Positions 25,311 to 38,457 of a stretch of 64,000 nt of DNA are shown here, one piece after another. The notes below the pieces were generated by a model. It was not told where the DNA came from and ran no database searches. It worked only from the letters and a program-made list of their open reading frames with translations. Position 1 is the first letter of the stretch; the number at the start of each line of letters is the position of its first letter. The DNA is from Lama glama (taxonomy: Eukaryota). The translations under genes were made by a program, and so were the position numbers. Location of the stretch: positions 31,498,001 through 31,562,000 of the forward strand of contig CM052818.1 of NCBI GenBank assembly GCA_028534125.1. The letters run 5' to 3'.

Positions 25311-26109
25311 GGAGTGGGGTATCTGGGCAGGATGGAGAACCAGAAGCCAAGCAGGATATTCTAACGTCTCAGGGGGCTTGGGAGAGGCTGTTTGGAGTCA
25401 AAAGCCAACAGAACCCAAAGCCACCAATTTTCCTTGATGGTGATTGTGCCAATGATCTTGTTGAAGACTGAGGATTCATTCCAACAGGGACAGACTCTCA
25501 TGTATTTAAGGCTTGGCTTTTGGAGGCTAGTTCCTGGCTCCCATATCTCATGATCTACCTCCTTGCTAAGCTCAGGTCCTGAGAGCAAACACAGCGGCAG
25601 ACGGGATGAGTCTATACTCACCACCTGTGATGCCCTTTTCTCTGCCACATTGGGCTAAATGGACAGGTGCCTCCACATTGTCATTGCCAGTTCTAGAAAA
25701 CAAGTGCCTGAACTTGAAAAAGCAACACTAGGCACTTGTGCAAAAGACACAGCCAAAGAAGGTCTCGGGTTGTTGCCATGGAATCTGTGGGTGGAGAGAG
25801 TCCTCTTTGCAGCAGAGGCGATTACTATACCCTCTCTCTTTTCCTCCAGCAGGAAATGACAAAAGGTAAAACCCTGGGTGGGCCAGGAGTCAGAAGAAGC
25901 CATAGTAAGAACACTAAGATCATCCTCTGTTGGCGCTGCAAAGAGAAGAGACCTGGATGTGAAAGCGGCGGTTTCCCTCTGAGGTCCTCTGTCTCACTGC
26001 TGGACCTCAGCTGGGGCTCTTCTCTGAGTTGTCTGCCTAATCGTTCACCTCTCACCTCCACCCCCTCACAAGTGCCTGGAGGGTCGAAGCCCTGGGCAGA
26101 GACTGGGGG

Positions 26110-26310
26110 TTGAGACCATGAACTCTGGAGCCAAATCCTGCATCCAAATCCCAGCTCAGTCACAAATTGTGTATGTTTGGGCAAGTTATTAGGCAACTGT
26201 GCCTCAGTTTCCTCCCCAAGAATGATTAAAATAGTGATAGCTGCCTCATACGATTAAATGAGTTATAAATATAATGTGCTCAGAATGGGGCCAAGCACAG
26301 ACTACCATTT
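26110..26310 (+). mobile_element. MIR SINE
   Basis: actctggagcca…aaatcccagctc…tttgggcaagttattt…gcctcagtttcctc…gattaaatgagtt. Confidence 0.85.
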
Positions 26311-26879
26311 CAATATGTGTCAACATCTTAGTTCCTCTGGCACAAGGCTGGGTCTCCCGACCTGTTGAGCAAATGATGCACTTCTCCAGAGAATTCCTGA
26401 ATGCGACCAAAAAATTAGGAAGAGCAAAGTCATTACAGTCTGGTGGGCCCAAGGATCATATTTATTCTTTAACCAAAGTGATAGATTGCTCAAAGGACCC
26501 TGAAGTCCACCACCCCAGGAACCTTTGACAGGCCCATGGGTGCACATGCACACACAGATGCACACACATGCACACTCAGATGCACAGGAGGACAACCTTA
26601 GGCAGCCCAGCCACTGGCACAAAGCACCTTTCTTATCTCTCCAACGATTCCTAGCCACGTTCCACCTACCTTTCTAGGAATGAGACTCCCCCATACTTTT
26701 CTTAGCCTACAAACCATTTCTATACCCACAGTGTCCAAGATCAAGGCCCTGTCTAGAAGAGGGAGAGTGGGCACTTGGTATAAACCAGCGTTCTTAAACT
26801 CCCCCCACACCTCAAGGCTCTTGTTTTCCCTTCTCAACCAGAATAAGACCTTTCATGACAATAATAAGACAAGGACCCG

Positions 26880-27105
26880 TACTAGTAGCAGTACTTACAT
26901 TCCACTTACAACGCGCATAGTGGGGTTGTACGTGCATTTTGTGTATTAACTCTCTAATCCTCTCAGAATCTTATGAGGTAAGTGCTATGCTCATTATCCC
27001 ATTTTACAGAGGGAGAAACTGAATCACAAAGAAGTGGTAACTTGCCCGAGGCCACATAGTAGAGACAGCCCGTCTGGCTCCAAAGGCTGAACCACAAACC
27101 ACTGC
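26880..27105 (-). mobile_element. MIR SINE
   Basis: attatcccattttacagagggagaaactga…taacttgcccgaggccaca. Confidence 0.85.
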
Positions 27106-27566
27106 CAGATACCTCGCTCTCAGCCTGGGAAGGTTTATAGCACCCACCCCCACCTATGTAGTTCAAAAATAAAACTAGGACTAAATCATAAAAGAATGTG
27201 ACTAGGTACAGCGGAGTTCTGATTGTTTCCCCTGATGACTACTTTAATGCTTTAAAAACATTTTTTTTTCCCCAAACATAGCTTTTCTCTCCTGTGTGGC
27301 TGGCGCCCTAAGCCTGGGCTGCTCCTCCTCACAGATAATCTGAGCCCTGCTCTCTCCTCCCTCTGGCCAGAACAGCCTCTACCTGCAAAGGTCAAAGTTG
27401 GTCAAGCCTGGAATTGGTTGCTGCACCTTATGAGGCATGGCAGGTGCTTCCTGGCTCGAATGGAATCGGCTTTGGCCTCGATCTGTAAATGGAAGGACAG
27501 CAGTCTGGGAGGACAACCCGGTGTGAGCTGAGGAGTGTGACCCTCAGGAGATGAAGGAGACTGCCC

Positions 27567-27609
27567 TGTGTGCGTGCGTGTGCGTGTGTGTGTGCGTGTG
27601 TGTGTGTGT
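27567..27609. repeat. (TG/CG)n alternating purine-pyrimidine microsatellite
   Basis: tgtgtgcgtgcgtgtgcgtgtgtgtgtgcgtgtgtgtgtgtgt. Confidence 0.9.
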
Positions 27610-28136
27610 TGGGGGAGAGGGCTACCTTAGAGCCCCTTCCTGATTTCTTTGACCCACTGCCTCTTCCAGTCACTGAGGTGACTTCTGGCCTCTCTTTCAC
27701 TCTCAGGACTTAGGCTGTAGTGTGTTCTTGATTGATAGCCATCACTGAGACAATGTTTCCCCCCACAACACTTTTCATTTCTGTCATCTCAGCACCATAA
27801 CACAAAGAGAGCTGTGATCTCTGCCGCCTCCAGCCTACTGCCATCTCTGCATCCAACATGCAACAAGAACTTATCAAGCCCTCTTGGTCCAGGGCGATGC
27901 TAACACTCACAGCTCCCATCCCCAGGATGGTTCCTACATGCTTCATTTTCCTCCTCTATTCTCCCCCTCTCCCTGACCACGCTGGAGGGCAGGGACTGTG
28001 TTTTATCCCTCTCTGGATCTCCCTCCAACCTCACAATGGCCCCGTTGCCCAGCCCAAAGCCTTACATGTCATGGACTCCCCAGAGGTGTTTGCTGTTGCA
28101 GGGGCTGGAAGGGGGAACCTGAAAGGTTACCTAACC

Positions 28137-28901
28137 CAGTGGTTCTGAAAGGGGCACTGCCAACCTCAGGGAGTGTTTTGAAAACTTGTGGGCCCCTTTT
28201 GTTTACTGGTGGGGGCCATGGATGCTAGATGCCCTGTGATGCACGGGACAGTCCTTCGCAAAGAGCTGTTCTGTAGTTCTGTAGTTCTCCTGTCTTTCCA
28301 GCTTTGTCCAGGCATTCATGGGCTGAAAACCCTGGTTTTCTGAGCCTGGAACCTCTAACTCCATATTACATATAAACACAAAGTATTTTTGTGTGGTTTT
28401 AATGTATATTGAATATTCCAGACATGCAACTACTATGAACATTGAGGGAAAATTGCACTTGATTTCAATCAGCACATTATTAAGAGGTGTTCACTGCTTT
28501 GGAAAATCGCATCACTGATGCCAACTCTGCTCCTGGATTAGAGTCACCAAGAAGCCAACACACGGATATCAGTCTGCATGTGTAGCTCTTGTTTCACAGT
28601 GGTTTCTATGTAGAGATCCAAATGTCTCTCATTATATCTCTTACTGTAATGGTGAATGTTGAATACGTCATTGAATATATATATTATATACATAGCATAT
28701 ATGTATATGTGCATGTTAGATATAATATATATGTTTTATTTCTCCTTTTGTGTTACTATTAAGGCATTACATTGAATTTTTGAAATTATTTATGTAGGTA
28801 GTTTATATTTTCATGAATTTCCTTTCAGGATAATATAGGGGGTGTTGTAAAATATTTGTTACAAAAGGAGGGCATAGGGTCTGAAGAGGTTAAGAACTCT
28901 G
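28137..28901 (+). mobile_element. MER20B hAT-Charlie DNA transposon, near full length
   Basis: Start cagtggttct; internal ttacatataaacacaaagtattttt…atcagtctgcatgtgtagct…tgaatttcctttcaggata…aaaatatttgtta; end ggttaagaactctg. Confidence 0.85.
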
Positions 28902-29334
28902 GCTTTTGAAATTTTAAGGCTTTCAAGATTAAGAGTTTTTACCGTCCCCCGAGGCAACCCAATTATTAATGTTGCAAGTGCCTGTGATGTGAGTGAATCA
29001 TCTGTTTAGTCTTCAGCAGAAATGATGGTGTGCTCAGGATGGTGCGGAATCTCAGTCCCCTCTAAATGACTTATCTTGCCTTGGTAAGGACCTTGGGGCA
29101 AAGGCGGGTGGTGGGAGTCTAGCTACAGCAGCCACAGTGGAGAAGGAATGGGGAGGTCGGCAGAAAGCAGATTTTGGAGATAGAAATGTGGATTGTAAGC
29201 CCTGTGTGGCCACTCATCTGTGAATGGCTTAGGCCTAATGAACAAGAAGGGGTGTCTGGGCTGGGTCCATCCAGTGCTGGCAGTCTGTGACTGTGACTGG
29301 GTCTTTGGTTCTGCAGTGTGTCTCAGAACAGTCC

Positions 29335-29570
29335 TATCAGTTAAAGAGCAAGTGTTTTAAAGTCAGAGTCAAGAATCCAAATCTTGGCTCCTTCACTTAA
29401 GAGCTGGGTGACCTTCAGCAAGTGACTTAACCTCTCTGAAGCTCAGTGTCCTTGCCTGTAATATAAGGACTGAAAAAGCACCCACCCCACAGGGTACTTG
29501 TGTGTGTTGACCAAGATAAGGGATGCAGCGCTCCTGGTACCTACTAAATGTGCATTGTTACTGGGGCCCT
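29335..29570 (+). mobile_element. MIR SINE
   Basis: agctgggtgaccttcagcaagtgacttaacctctctgaagctcagtgtccttgcctgtaa. Confidence 0.8.
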
Positions 29571-30039
29571 GCCCACCACCCAGGACTCCTAGCTTTGCTG
29601 GCAAGGTGCTTCTGTTACAATGTCTGTTGTGATGAGGTGTGAGAGGTGCCCACACTGACACACAGCAGTGTTCGCACCACAGATAGCCTGAATTCACTCT
29701 CTACCAAGCAGCCTAGTCTGATATTTTGATCTAAATAGCCCTAAACCAAAGCTAAAACCTTCTTACACTCTGGGTAACAGAAGCCCAACTAACACTAAGA
29801 TAAAGCATCAGCTTTAAAATGAAAGGAGGCTATGTTGAAGGCTTCTGGTTAGGGAAATAATAGGTTGATGTGAGCTCATTGTTCACTCATTTCACAAATA
29901 ATTTCCTATGCCTAATGTGTGCATAGAGCTCTGCTAAGGGACCCAGTGGTGAGAAGAACAGGCATCCACCATATGCAAAGCAGAGTGGTTGCTACCATTT
30001 TCTACTTGGCTGCTAGAAGCATACTGACTATAACAATAA

Positions 30040-30210
30040 TCACTTAGAAATTTGCAAGGAACTGACACAACAAACATGTGAGGAGGCACTATCACTCCCA
30101 TTATACAGATCAGGAGACTGAGGCTGTAAGAGGCAACCAACCCACTTGCAAGGGGCAGAGCAGAAACTTATACCTTGGTCAATCTAGCACTGTTTCTACT
30201 GTGCCACTGC
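30040..30210 (-). mobile_element. MIR SINE
   Basis: cactcccattatacagatcaggagactgaggct. Confidence 0.7.
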
Positions 30211-30336
30211 CACTCCGCCCAGTGTGGGGTGGTTTAGGTGGAATATAATTAATTGACTATGCTAATAAAAATATGCTATTCCTGAATCAAATTGAGAGGG
30301 GCTCACTCTGGTGCCCCTGACCAAGCTAAATGTTGT

Positions 30337-30449
30337 TGGGATGGTGGGATGGTGGAATGGTGGGATGGGGATGTGGGGATGGGGGGGTGGGGGTAGGGGT
30401 GGTAGGATGGTGGGATGGGGGATGGTGGAATGGCATAGGGGGTGGGGGA
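30337..30449 (+). repeat. G-rich (GGGAT/GGT) low-complexity tandem tract
   Basis: tgggatggtgggatggtggaatggtgggatggggatgtggggatgggggggtgggggtagggg…. Confidence 0.85.
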
Positions 30450-32519
30450 TACTGTGCTTCTCTTCCCTGCACCAAGTTGGTTCAGAGAGTAAGGAGCCCA
30501 GATGAAGCCCAAGGCCGTGACACTCTCAGGAAGCAAGTGGACTGAGCAAATGTGAAGACCAATTTAGCATTGCCCCAGGTGGAGGCTTTTGCTCTGTCAG
30601 TAGTCCCATCTATGCACCAGCTGGACCTTCTCTGCCTGAAGGCCGGGGACTGGGCAGGACAGTCCTCGGTGGCCCCATCTCACTCTCAGAACCTTGTTTA
30701 TGAGTCTGTAACTCAGAGCTTCTTCATGGCTGAATGGTGCTAATTGGTTCACATGTTGTTTCCAAGATATGAGCTGGGAAGTGCTCTTCTATTGCAGCCC
30801 ATTCTAGAGTGTTCCCTAGGGTTGTCCATGATCCTGGGGCAGGGCATGGGGGTGGGGACAGTGAGGAGGAGAGAAGTAGTCAAAATGGGAACAAGGAGTG
30901 GAAATTATGAATCCACTGGCTCCCTAGATTGCTCAAACTGAAGACAACAGGCAACTTTGGGCAAGGAAGTTCTAGGGACTTTTCCCCAGCAATCTGTGAG
31001 CAAGTGTATGTGCCTGTCTGTCTGTCTCTTATGGGTTGTAGTACAAGTCCCAGTGCCTCAAGCTTCCCAAGGTCATAGAGGGTAAACGCAAAGACATAGT
31101 TACCTCCGACCAAGTCCTCGGAGGTCTCCAAGCCCTAATACTCAGCCATTTGTACTTGTGCCTTCTTCCCTTACTGGGACAACCAACAAGAGGGTAAAGG
31201 TAAGGCGGTGCGTAGAAGACTTGATAGAGAAAAAGTTGGGTGCGTGTGCATGTGCGTGTGTGCGTGTGTGGTCGAAGAGGGTGGCAGAATGACTAGGGGC
31301 ATATTTCATCTGGTAAATTGGGAGCCTTCCCAAGAATGAAGATGGCTGCCCATGAGCTGGTCAGGCCTGCTCCCTAGGACAAAAGGGCTGAGGCACCCAT
31401 GGATTTATTAATAGCCCCAAGCATCTCAGGACCCTTTTTCCCTAAGCCATTTCCATTTGTGGTTCCAATGGGGTTTTGGGTTTTGGTTCTCATGAGTTAT
31501 TTTCTGCCCTCTGCCCTCTGCCCTTCTGTGGTAGGTCAGCTGGGGTTGCTGAGCGCAGGGCCTGACTGGTGGCACGTGGTCCCGGTCTCCAAGAAGAGAG
31601 AAAGGCTGTGGGGGTGGGGCCGGGCCTGCCACAGAAAGCCTCTACCAAGTGCATCAGGACTGCAGGGTCATTGCCGCAAAGAACTGGGACTGATTGGAGC
31701 AAACTAGGCATTTAGAAAGAAATGTAAGTGGACATGTGGGGGAGGTGCTTCTGAAGACTGCCAGGGCCTCAGGCTCCCCCTAAGGGACCGGATAAATGTG
31801 TTCTCTCTGTGCAGAACGAGGGAGCGCTCCCAAGGTTGCAGCCCAGAATTCCCCAAATAGATGCTAAGGTTGCAAACGCAAGCTCACTCCGCCCAGTTTC
31901 TGTCTTCCTTCTCTCTGGGAGCCAAGGTTCGTAATATTGACAAGAGACTCCATTGCACTGGTTTGTACACAGCATCGCAGCTGGACACCTTACCAACTTA
32001 AGCCATCTTTGTTAAGAAAGAGAGAGCATCTTGTGGCCTCATACCCGTCATTATTTGACGGGGCTGGTGCTGTTCACCGTGTCTGTTCCTTACCACTGCT
32101 CAGGGCTATTGGACAGGTCCACATGTTTATCAAGTGTTCCTTGCTTTGGAAGAAGGAGGAGTGCAGCTGACTGCAGGACCTCCAGGGGGAGATGTCCCCA
32201 GGGAGTTGGGGGCAGAGAGGGGCGCAAGACTTAGGAGAAAAGTCAGGCCTAGCTTTGTAAATTTGGGAGTCACTGATTCACTGGGAGTTGAAGCTTGATG
32301 CTGTGATATGGATGAGATCTTTGAGAAATAATGTGTTAGAACTGCCAATCTGATGAAGGATTAAAGCCTAGGGTAGATCACACTGAGGAGTGAAGGGAGG
32401 AGGAAAATCATGCTTAATGCAACGTTGTCTCTTAAAGTAGTCCAGTGCCTACAATGTGAGGGAGGGAGGGAAGGAGGGAGGAAGGAAAGGGACAAGGGAG
32501 GGATATCAGAATGGCAAGG

Positions 32520-32700
32520 GAACTTATGTTTATCTAGCACCTACTCTGCCATGCACTTTGAATACATCCCCACGCTCAGTTCTCCCTACAACTCTGTAAA
32601 GGGGAGATGACTATTCTCATGATGAAGGTCCAGCAGTTCAGAGACAAGTGCCCAAAGGTACACGTGTAGTAAGTGGTAGAGGTCAGATGTGACTCAGCCT
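32520..32700 (-). mobile_element. MIR SINE
   Basis: tttatctagcacctactctgcc…acaactctgt…gcccaaaggtacac…agtaagtggtagag. Confidence 0.65.
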
Positions 32701-33029
32701 GTTGGACGCATCCCCTTCCCCTTTCCTTTCACCGTATTCCCTATAGGAGGAAAATCCAATACAGTTGGTCAGAGGGCAAGGGTAGAGAGAATTGGTAGCT
32801 CATAGGAGAAGCAAGGAAAAACCAAATTTTTTTCAAGATTGGAGAGATTAGAGCATTTCTTTAGATAAGGTCGATGGAACACCAAGAAAAGAAGAAATTA
32901 AAGGTTCTGGGTGAGATGAGGAGTGACATTGAAGGGAATGCATTGCTCAGTCCTACTTTACCACATCTCCAATTAAAGTCTACATTTTCAAATATTTGTA
33001 TAGTGCCTTCTCTCTAATGAGAAAGCATA

Positions 33030-33625
33030 TGTGTTAGTGAGGATGTGGAGAAGCCAGAACGCTCATGCAGAGTGTGAAATCACACAAATGCTTTGGAAAA
33101 TTGTTCGTAATTTCTTAAGTAGTTAAACACCCAAATATCCTAGGACTTAATTCCTCGCTGATGTGCTCATCCAAGAGAAAGACACGGCCTTATTCAAAAT
33201 AACCCCAAACTGGAAACAACCAAATATGCAGGAACACTCGAGTGGGTAAGTACTGTTTATTCAGACAATGGAATCCTACTGAACAATAATGAAAAGAAAA
33301 CTACTGGAAAATACAACAATGTGGATCAACCTCAAAAACTAAGGAAAAGAAACCAGACATCAAAGGATAGATACTGTAAGATTCTATTTCCACGAAGTTC
33401 TAGAACAGGCAGAGCCCATCAATACCAAAATGAAGAACTGTGGTGCAGAGGTGGGGGAGGTGCCAACTGGGAAAAGGCATAGGGCATAAGGGAATTTTTT
33501 GAGGGAAAAGAGATGTTCTATATCTTTATGGGGGTGTGGGTTACAGGAGGGTATAAATTTGTCAAAGCCTAGCAAACTGTATACTGTCAATCTGTGTGTT
33601 TTATTGTATATAAATTATGTCTCAC
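33030..33625 (+). mobile_element. Old L1M (L1ME/MD-like) 3' region
   Basis: gtgaggatgtggagaag…ccccaaactggaaacaacc…ttctagaacaggca…ttattgtatataaattat. Confidence 0.75.
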
Positions 33626-33655
33626 TTTTTAAAAATTAAAAGGAAAAAAAGAGTG

Positions 33656-33658
<3 letters not shown>

Positions 33659-33696
<38 letters not shown>
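33659..33696. repeat. (CA)19 microsatellite
   Basis: Perfect CA run. Confidence 0.95.
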
Positions 33697-33700
<4 letters not shown>

Positions 33701-33930
33701 AAAGCATATGTGTAAGTAGCCCCCGTGCTAATGATGAGGGGCCTCCACAGGTGATATGGGCATTCAAAGGGAAAGCAGCCTAGAGGGGAAGGGGAAGGGG
33801 AAGGAGGGCCTCTGGGAAGCCTGCAGAGATTTGAGATGAATAGAAAATAAAAGTTCACTAGAAGAAAAGGCAGGGAAGGGCAGTTTAGGCAGGGGAAGTC
33901 CCAAGGTATGGAGGCCTAAAATGCATGTCC

Positions 33931-34397
33931 TGTTTATCAGTTAAGATTGCATGTGGCAGGAAGTGGCTTAAACAAGAATGGGTTCATCTTTCTCAAATAA
34001 CTGGAAGACCAGAGGGAGAGGGCTGAGGTGGCAGTTTAATGAGGCCACTGGGGACCCAATTCCTTCTGTCTTTCTGCTCTGACATTCTGAGATCAAAACC
34101 TTTGTCCTGTTCATCACAAAATGGTTGCCATACCTCCAAACATTGCATCAAAGTTCCACGTAGGAAGAAGAGGAAAATGATAGGCAAAGCTTTGCCCATT
34201 TATGTCAGTAGGAAGGCTTCATCCAGGACATCTGCCTTTCTTGAATTAGCCAGAATGATATAACCAACCTGGTACCTTACTTGCAAGACAAGGTGGGGAT
34301 TTGAATATTCTTTTTCTATAATTTGTAGTGGAGGAAGGCAAGGCAGAAGGCTTTTTGGAATGAATGTTAATCAAGCCAAACTGTGGAATCTGCCATA
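33931..34397 (-). mobile_element. MLT1 (J/K-like) MaLR LTR
   Basis: gtggcttaaacaag…ttccttctgtctttctgctct…cacaaaatggttgcc…ttagccagaa…tctgccata. Confidence 0.7.
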
Positions 34398-35184
34398 GTG
34401 TGTTTAGGTAAAGTGCGAGATGTCCAGAGTAGCCAAAAGATGTGAGACGTGACAGGAGAGAGGGCTGTTAGATGGGAACTGAACTGGGGGTGTCCTTCTT
34501 TCTCCGGCTTGGTTTAAGCTGCTTCTAAGAGTCCAGGCATATCTGGTAGAGTGGCTGTTTTTCAGTTGTGACCCTAAGCAGTGTGAGTACATCTCTACAA
34601 GTAGTCTGCTCTTAATCCTCAGGAGAATCTCATGGGTAAACATGTTTTCTTTTCCTTCCATCATGTCACTTTCTCTCCCATTCATCCATCCATCCATCCA
34701 TCTATCCACTGAGTGTCCAGTTAAGCCAGATGTTGTGTTAAGCTTGTCATTTCTTTCTCTCCCTCTTGCTCTTCCTCTTCCCCAGGCTGGGCTAAGACCT
34801 TTTCCAAACGTGGGAGCCTAAGGATGAAGAGTTATCTAAGACAGTTGCTATTTCAGTCCAGAACTTGAAGCTAAAAATGTTCGAATGGAAAAAAAAGTTT
34901 AAAAATATAGATGTGTATTTTTCTAAAACTCCATTAAGCTGTCAAGGGCCCTCAGTGTGTGTTTCCTTTCCCATCGTTGCTAATCAGCAAGGTATGTGTG
35001 TGCCCTAAACAGAAGAGTAGCCAGCCAGCCTCCTCCTCCTCCCCTTCCTCCTCCCCACCTCTTTCTGCTGTTGCTGGCACTTGAGCTGTACCGTAGCCTT
35101 GGGAACCCAGGAGCCAGGCCTCCACTCCCCAGAGAGACTGCTATATGGAACAGCACCCCAGCTCCTCCATAGTGGCCAGGACAC

Positions 35185-35600
35185 CAGCGCTAGTCTTCCT
35201 AATGGCACGGTCAGACTGTCTGGGCTCAAATCCTGGCTGCATGACTTACTAGATGTATAACTTTGAGAGCTTTATTTTTCTAGGTCTCATCTTTCTCACC
35301 TGTAAAATGGGGATGGATAACATAACCTGCACCCCAATTCCTAGGAGACACTCAATACATGTTGTCTAATATTATTGTTGTTGCTATTACTAAAATTGCT
35401 ATGGCCTCATTGCTTTCCATTCCTTTTCCCCAATTTAGAGAGTCTTAGAATAGAAGAACTACAAAATAGGCCTTGAGATCACCTTCTCCAGTCACACATG
35501 AGGAAAATGAGGAAATGAACTAGGAGAGACTTTCTTGAAGCTGCCCAGTTAGCTTGTGGCAGAGCCAAGACATGGGTCCAAGACCCTTCCCACTCCATTG
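35185..35600. mobile_element. MIR (+, about 35185-35395) and MIR (-, about 35450-35600)
   Basis: tttctcacctgtaaaatggggat; atgaggaaaatgagg. Confidence 0.7.
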
Positions 35601-36221
35601 CTCGGGCCCCTCCTCCTCCTGTCTTCTCAGCCCACCAAACACTTGCACAAAAGGATTTCATATCTGCATTATTTACAAAGGTGCCCCTGAACTCCATCTC
35701 ATCACTGATCCATCTTGCACTGTTAACGCCCAGAGAACGGAAAGCAGCACGCTTGTAGCTTACTTTGCTCAGTGCCCATCATGGCAGCCACACAAACAGA
35801 AGCCCGAGGACAAGCTGCTGAGAAGAGAGACTCCAGTGATGCCACAGGGCAGACCCGGAGCAGTGGGACAGGGCGCTCGACTCAGATTCAAGGCAACATC
35901 TCAAGACCCTCCCTCTTCCTCAGCTTCTCCTTTGACTAAATGGGAGATTGCTTCAAAGGAAGTATTTACAGGAGGAGATTTGAGTATGTCAGAATACCTA
36001 GAGCACTTTCTAGACCTGGAATCATATGATTCTGATACTTATATAACTACATAGCATCATTTCCAACCAATGGATGAGGCAGGAGACCCAAATTCTGGGG
36101 TACTGTGGACATTCCCACTTAGTGATCTGGAGTGATTTAAATACATCTTGTGTGTATGTATACATATACAGATAGATACACATGTCTATGTCTATACATA
36201 TATAAAAATACTTCATATATA

Positions 36222-36743
36222 TATGTATATTATTACACTTGACATCTTAAGAAACCTTGCTGGGATTCTCCTCCTGGGGCTAGCCATTTCTTAGGAACAG
36301 CAAAGGACTCGCAAGACACACGCCTTTGATATGCAAATTACCCAATCCAGAGCCACACAGCTTCTACCTGGCCCATCCACTCCAGAGGGCAATATTCCTC
36401 TGTCTCAATCATCCCGGGTCCAGGTACCAGGAAACTGTACACCACTCCGATAGCCCAAAGCCCACTGAAGTTATTCTAACTAGTCAGTCCTAGGCTGTTC
36501 CCCCTGCCCTGCCCTGCCTTTCCCACAAAATCCCCAATAAAGGCCATAGTTTAAATGCTTCTGCTCACTCCTGTCTTTGGCATCCTGATCACCCTGGCGT
36601 CTTCCCCACATGACCCTGCGTGGAGCCCCAGGCCTCCTGTCTCTAGCCTCTGTGAGCATAAGAAACATTGTTTTTTCCTGAGCCTCTCCTTTGTCTCCTC
36701 TTTAGCCACATCTGACTGTCCATCATATAAAAGAATGCAGAAC
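36222..36743 (+). mobile_element. ERVL-class solo LTR (MER54/MER74 group)
   Basis: tttgatatgcaaa…ccaatccagagcc…ccaggtaccagg…agcccaaagccc…ccccaataaaggc…ctgagcctctcc…gccacatctgactg…ataaaagaatgcagaac. Confidence 0.7.
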
Positions 36744-38216
36744 GAGGTACCAAAGTTCCCCAAACATCTCACTAGCCCATGACATTACTTCTGGTCTCTT
36801 CACTACACGAGCTTCTCAGAAAGCAAGCTGACTGACTGGTGGGTGTGTAGCGAGCATCATGCTGAGAGCTACACGTGCCATGAGGGTGTCCCAAGACAGG
36901 CATGTCAAGACCAAGCTTCTGAGAAGTTCACAATTCCGTTGGGACAAAAAGCTATAAACAAGTGAACAGTTAAATGACAGCAGATATAAATGACAGTTCA
37001 AGACATGCCAGAACAGATCAGCTACAGCCCCAGGGTACTGGGCACGGCCGCCAGGCTGGGGGTCAGGAGACGAGGGCTCTGCTCCCAGGACTACAAACAA
37101 CAACATCTTGCTCTGTTATCCATCATCCTTGACCTCTTGGGAAGTGAGTGTTTGGACCCCTAACTTCCTGTGTTTGTCTCTCTGGGCCCCAGTCCCCTCA
37201 TTCTATAAATATGGTGGGACTTGTGCTCACTCTCCAGGTCTGCTTCACCTCTCAGAATACCTGCTACACAAACTCAGGGCGGGGAGTGGGCTTGCGGTGC
37301 AAGAGCCAGCTACAAGACTGGTGGCCTGTGCCGCACCTCACCCCCCCTACCCCCACTCTGGACACCTGATGGGCCAGAGAGAGCAGGGTCAGGAGAGCGC
37401 CACATGGGGTTTTCTGTGGAGGGAGTGCACGCGCTCAGGACCCTGACTCACTGAGTACGACACGCAGAGAGTGAGAACAGAAGCACTTTCGTTCTGGGGA
37501 AAGCACGCTCAGAAAAACACTTTGCACTTGCAAACGGCTGTCTTTGTCTCTCCTTGATTTTATGTGAAAAAAGGGTTCAGGCAAATCCTAGCACTTTATG
37601 GTGGGCCATTGGCCCGAAGGAGAGCTCATGGGTGGTTGCAGAGGCCAGCTTTCCAGCATGGCTCCCATTTTCTGAGATGAACCACATCCCTTAGTAACAT
37701 CCAAATGCTTGCAATCCCACCAAACTAACCTCCTTTCTGCCTTTCTTGCTCAAGCCCGCCCCAGTAAAATGTGCTATAGGGAGAAAAAGCTTCTTAGCAA
37801 GAGAAACCCCATTTACCATTTAGGAGCTGAGTAACTTAAAGCTGCAAGTCTCAGAACATCTTGCTGATAGTGACTCAAGGCATAGAGACCTTTACTATCG
37901 CATTTAACAAGAAGTCTGGAAGTAGGCAGTGGTTACTGTTGCTTATTGGCCCAAAGATTCCAGCAGGACCTGGGCTTCCCTTTGCTTTCTTTCTGTCACT
38001 CTCATGGTTACAAGATGGTGGCCACAGTCCCAAGCGGCAAATCCCCATATAAGAGACCATAATTGCAAGTGGATGAGGCTAAAGGTCATTTCTCTTCACA
38101 TCTCTATTTGATCAAGGAGGAAAGTCTTTCCCAAACAGGATTCCTTTATGTTTCATTGGCCAGAACTGGATCAGATGTCCACCCCAATCACTGGCAAAAG
38201 CAGGTCTTTGTTGACT

Positions 38217-38455
38217 ACGACTGTTCTCACTGGGGCCGATATCACCATCAAGGGATGAAATTTTATTCTTAGGGGCTGTTGGAGAGGGAGCAAAAAATCT
38301 TACTCTTTTAATATATAAAGCATAGTTATACATACAACATATAAACACATACTATGTGTCTGTAGTATTAAAATTTCACTGGAGGCAAGTAGGAAAAAAA
38401 ATGTCTTAAAAACCTCCCTAGGGGAATAAAAATGATACGTTTTTAAAGGTTGATC
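38217..38455 (+). mobile_element. MER112-like hAT-Charlie element
   Basis: ttctcactggggccgatatcacc…aaaaaatcttactctttt…gtattaaaatttca…taggaaaaaaaatgtc…aaaggttg. Confidence 0.65.
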
Positions 38456-38457
38456 AG

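Noticed and set aside
25700..25739. 10-bp inverted repeat acaagtgcct/aggcacttgt
   Set aside because: Short stem with a 20-nt loop; expected by chance in 64 kb and too short for a pre-miRNA.
35554..36054. 166-aa ORF
   Set aside because: Non-ATG start inside a MIR, no recognisable domain and no clear splice context; its length is plausible by chance in GC-rich DNA.
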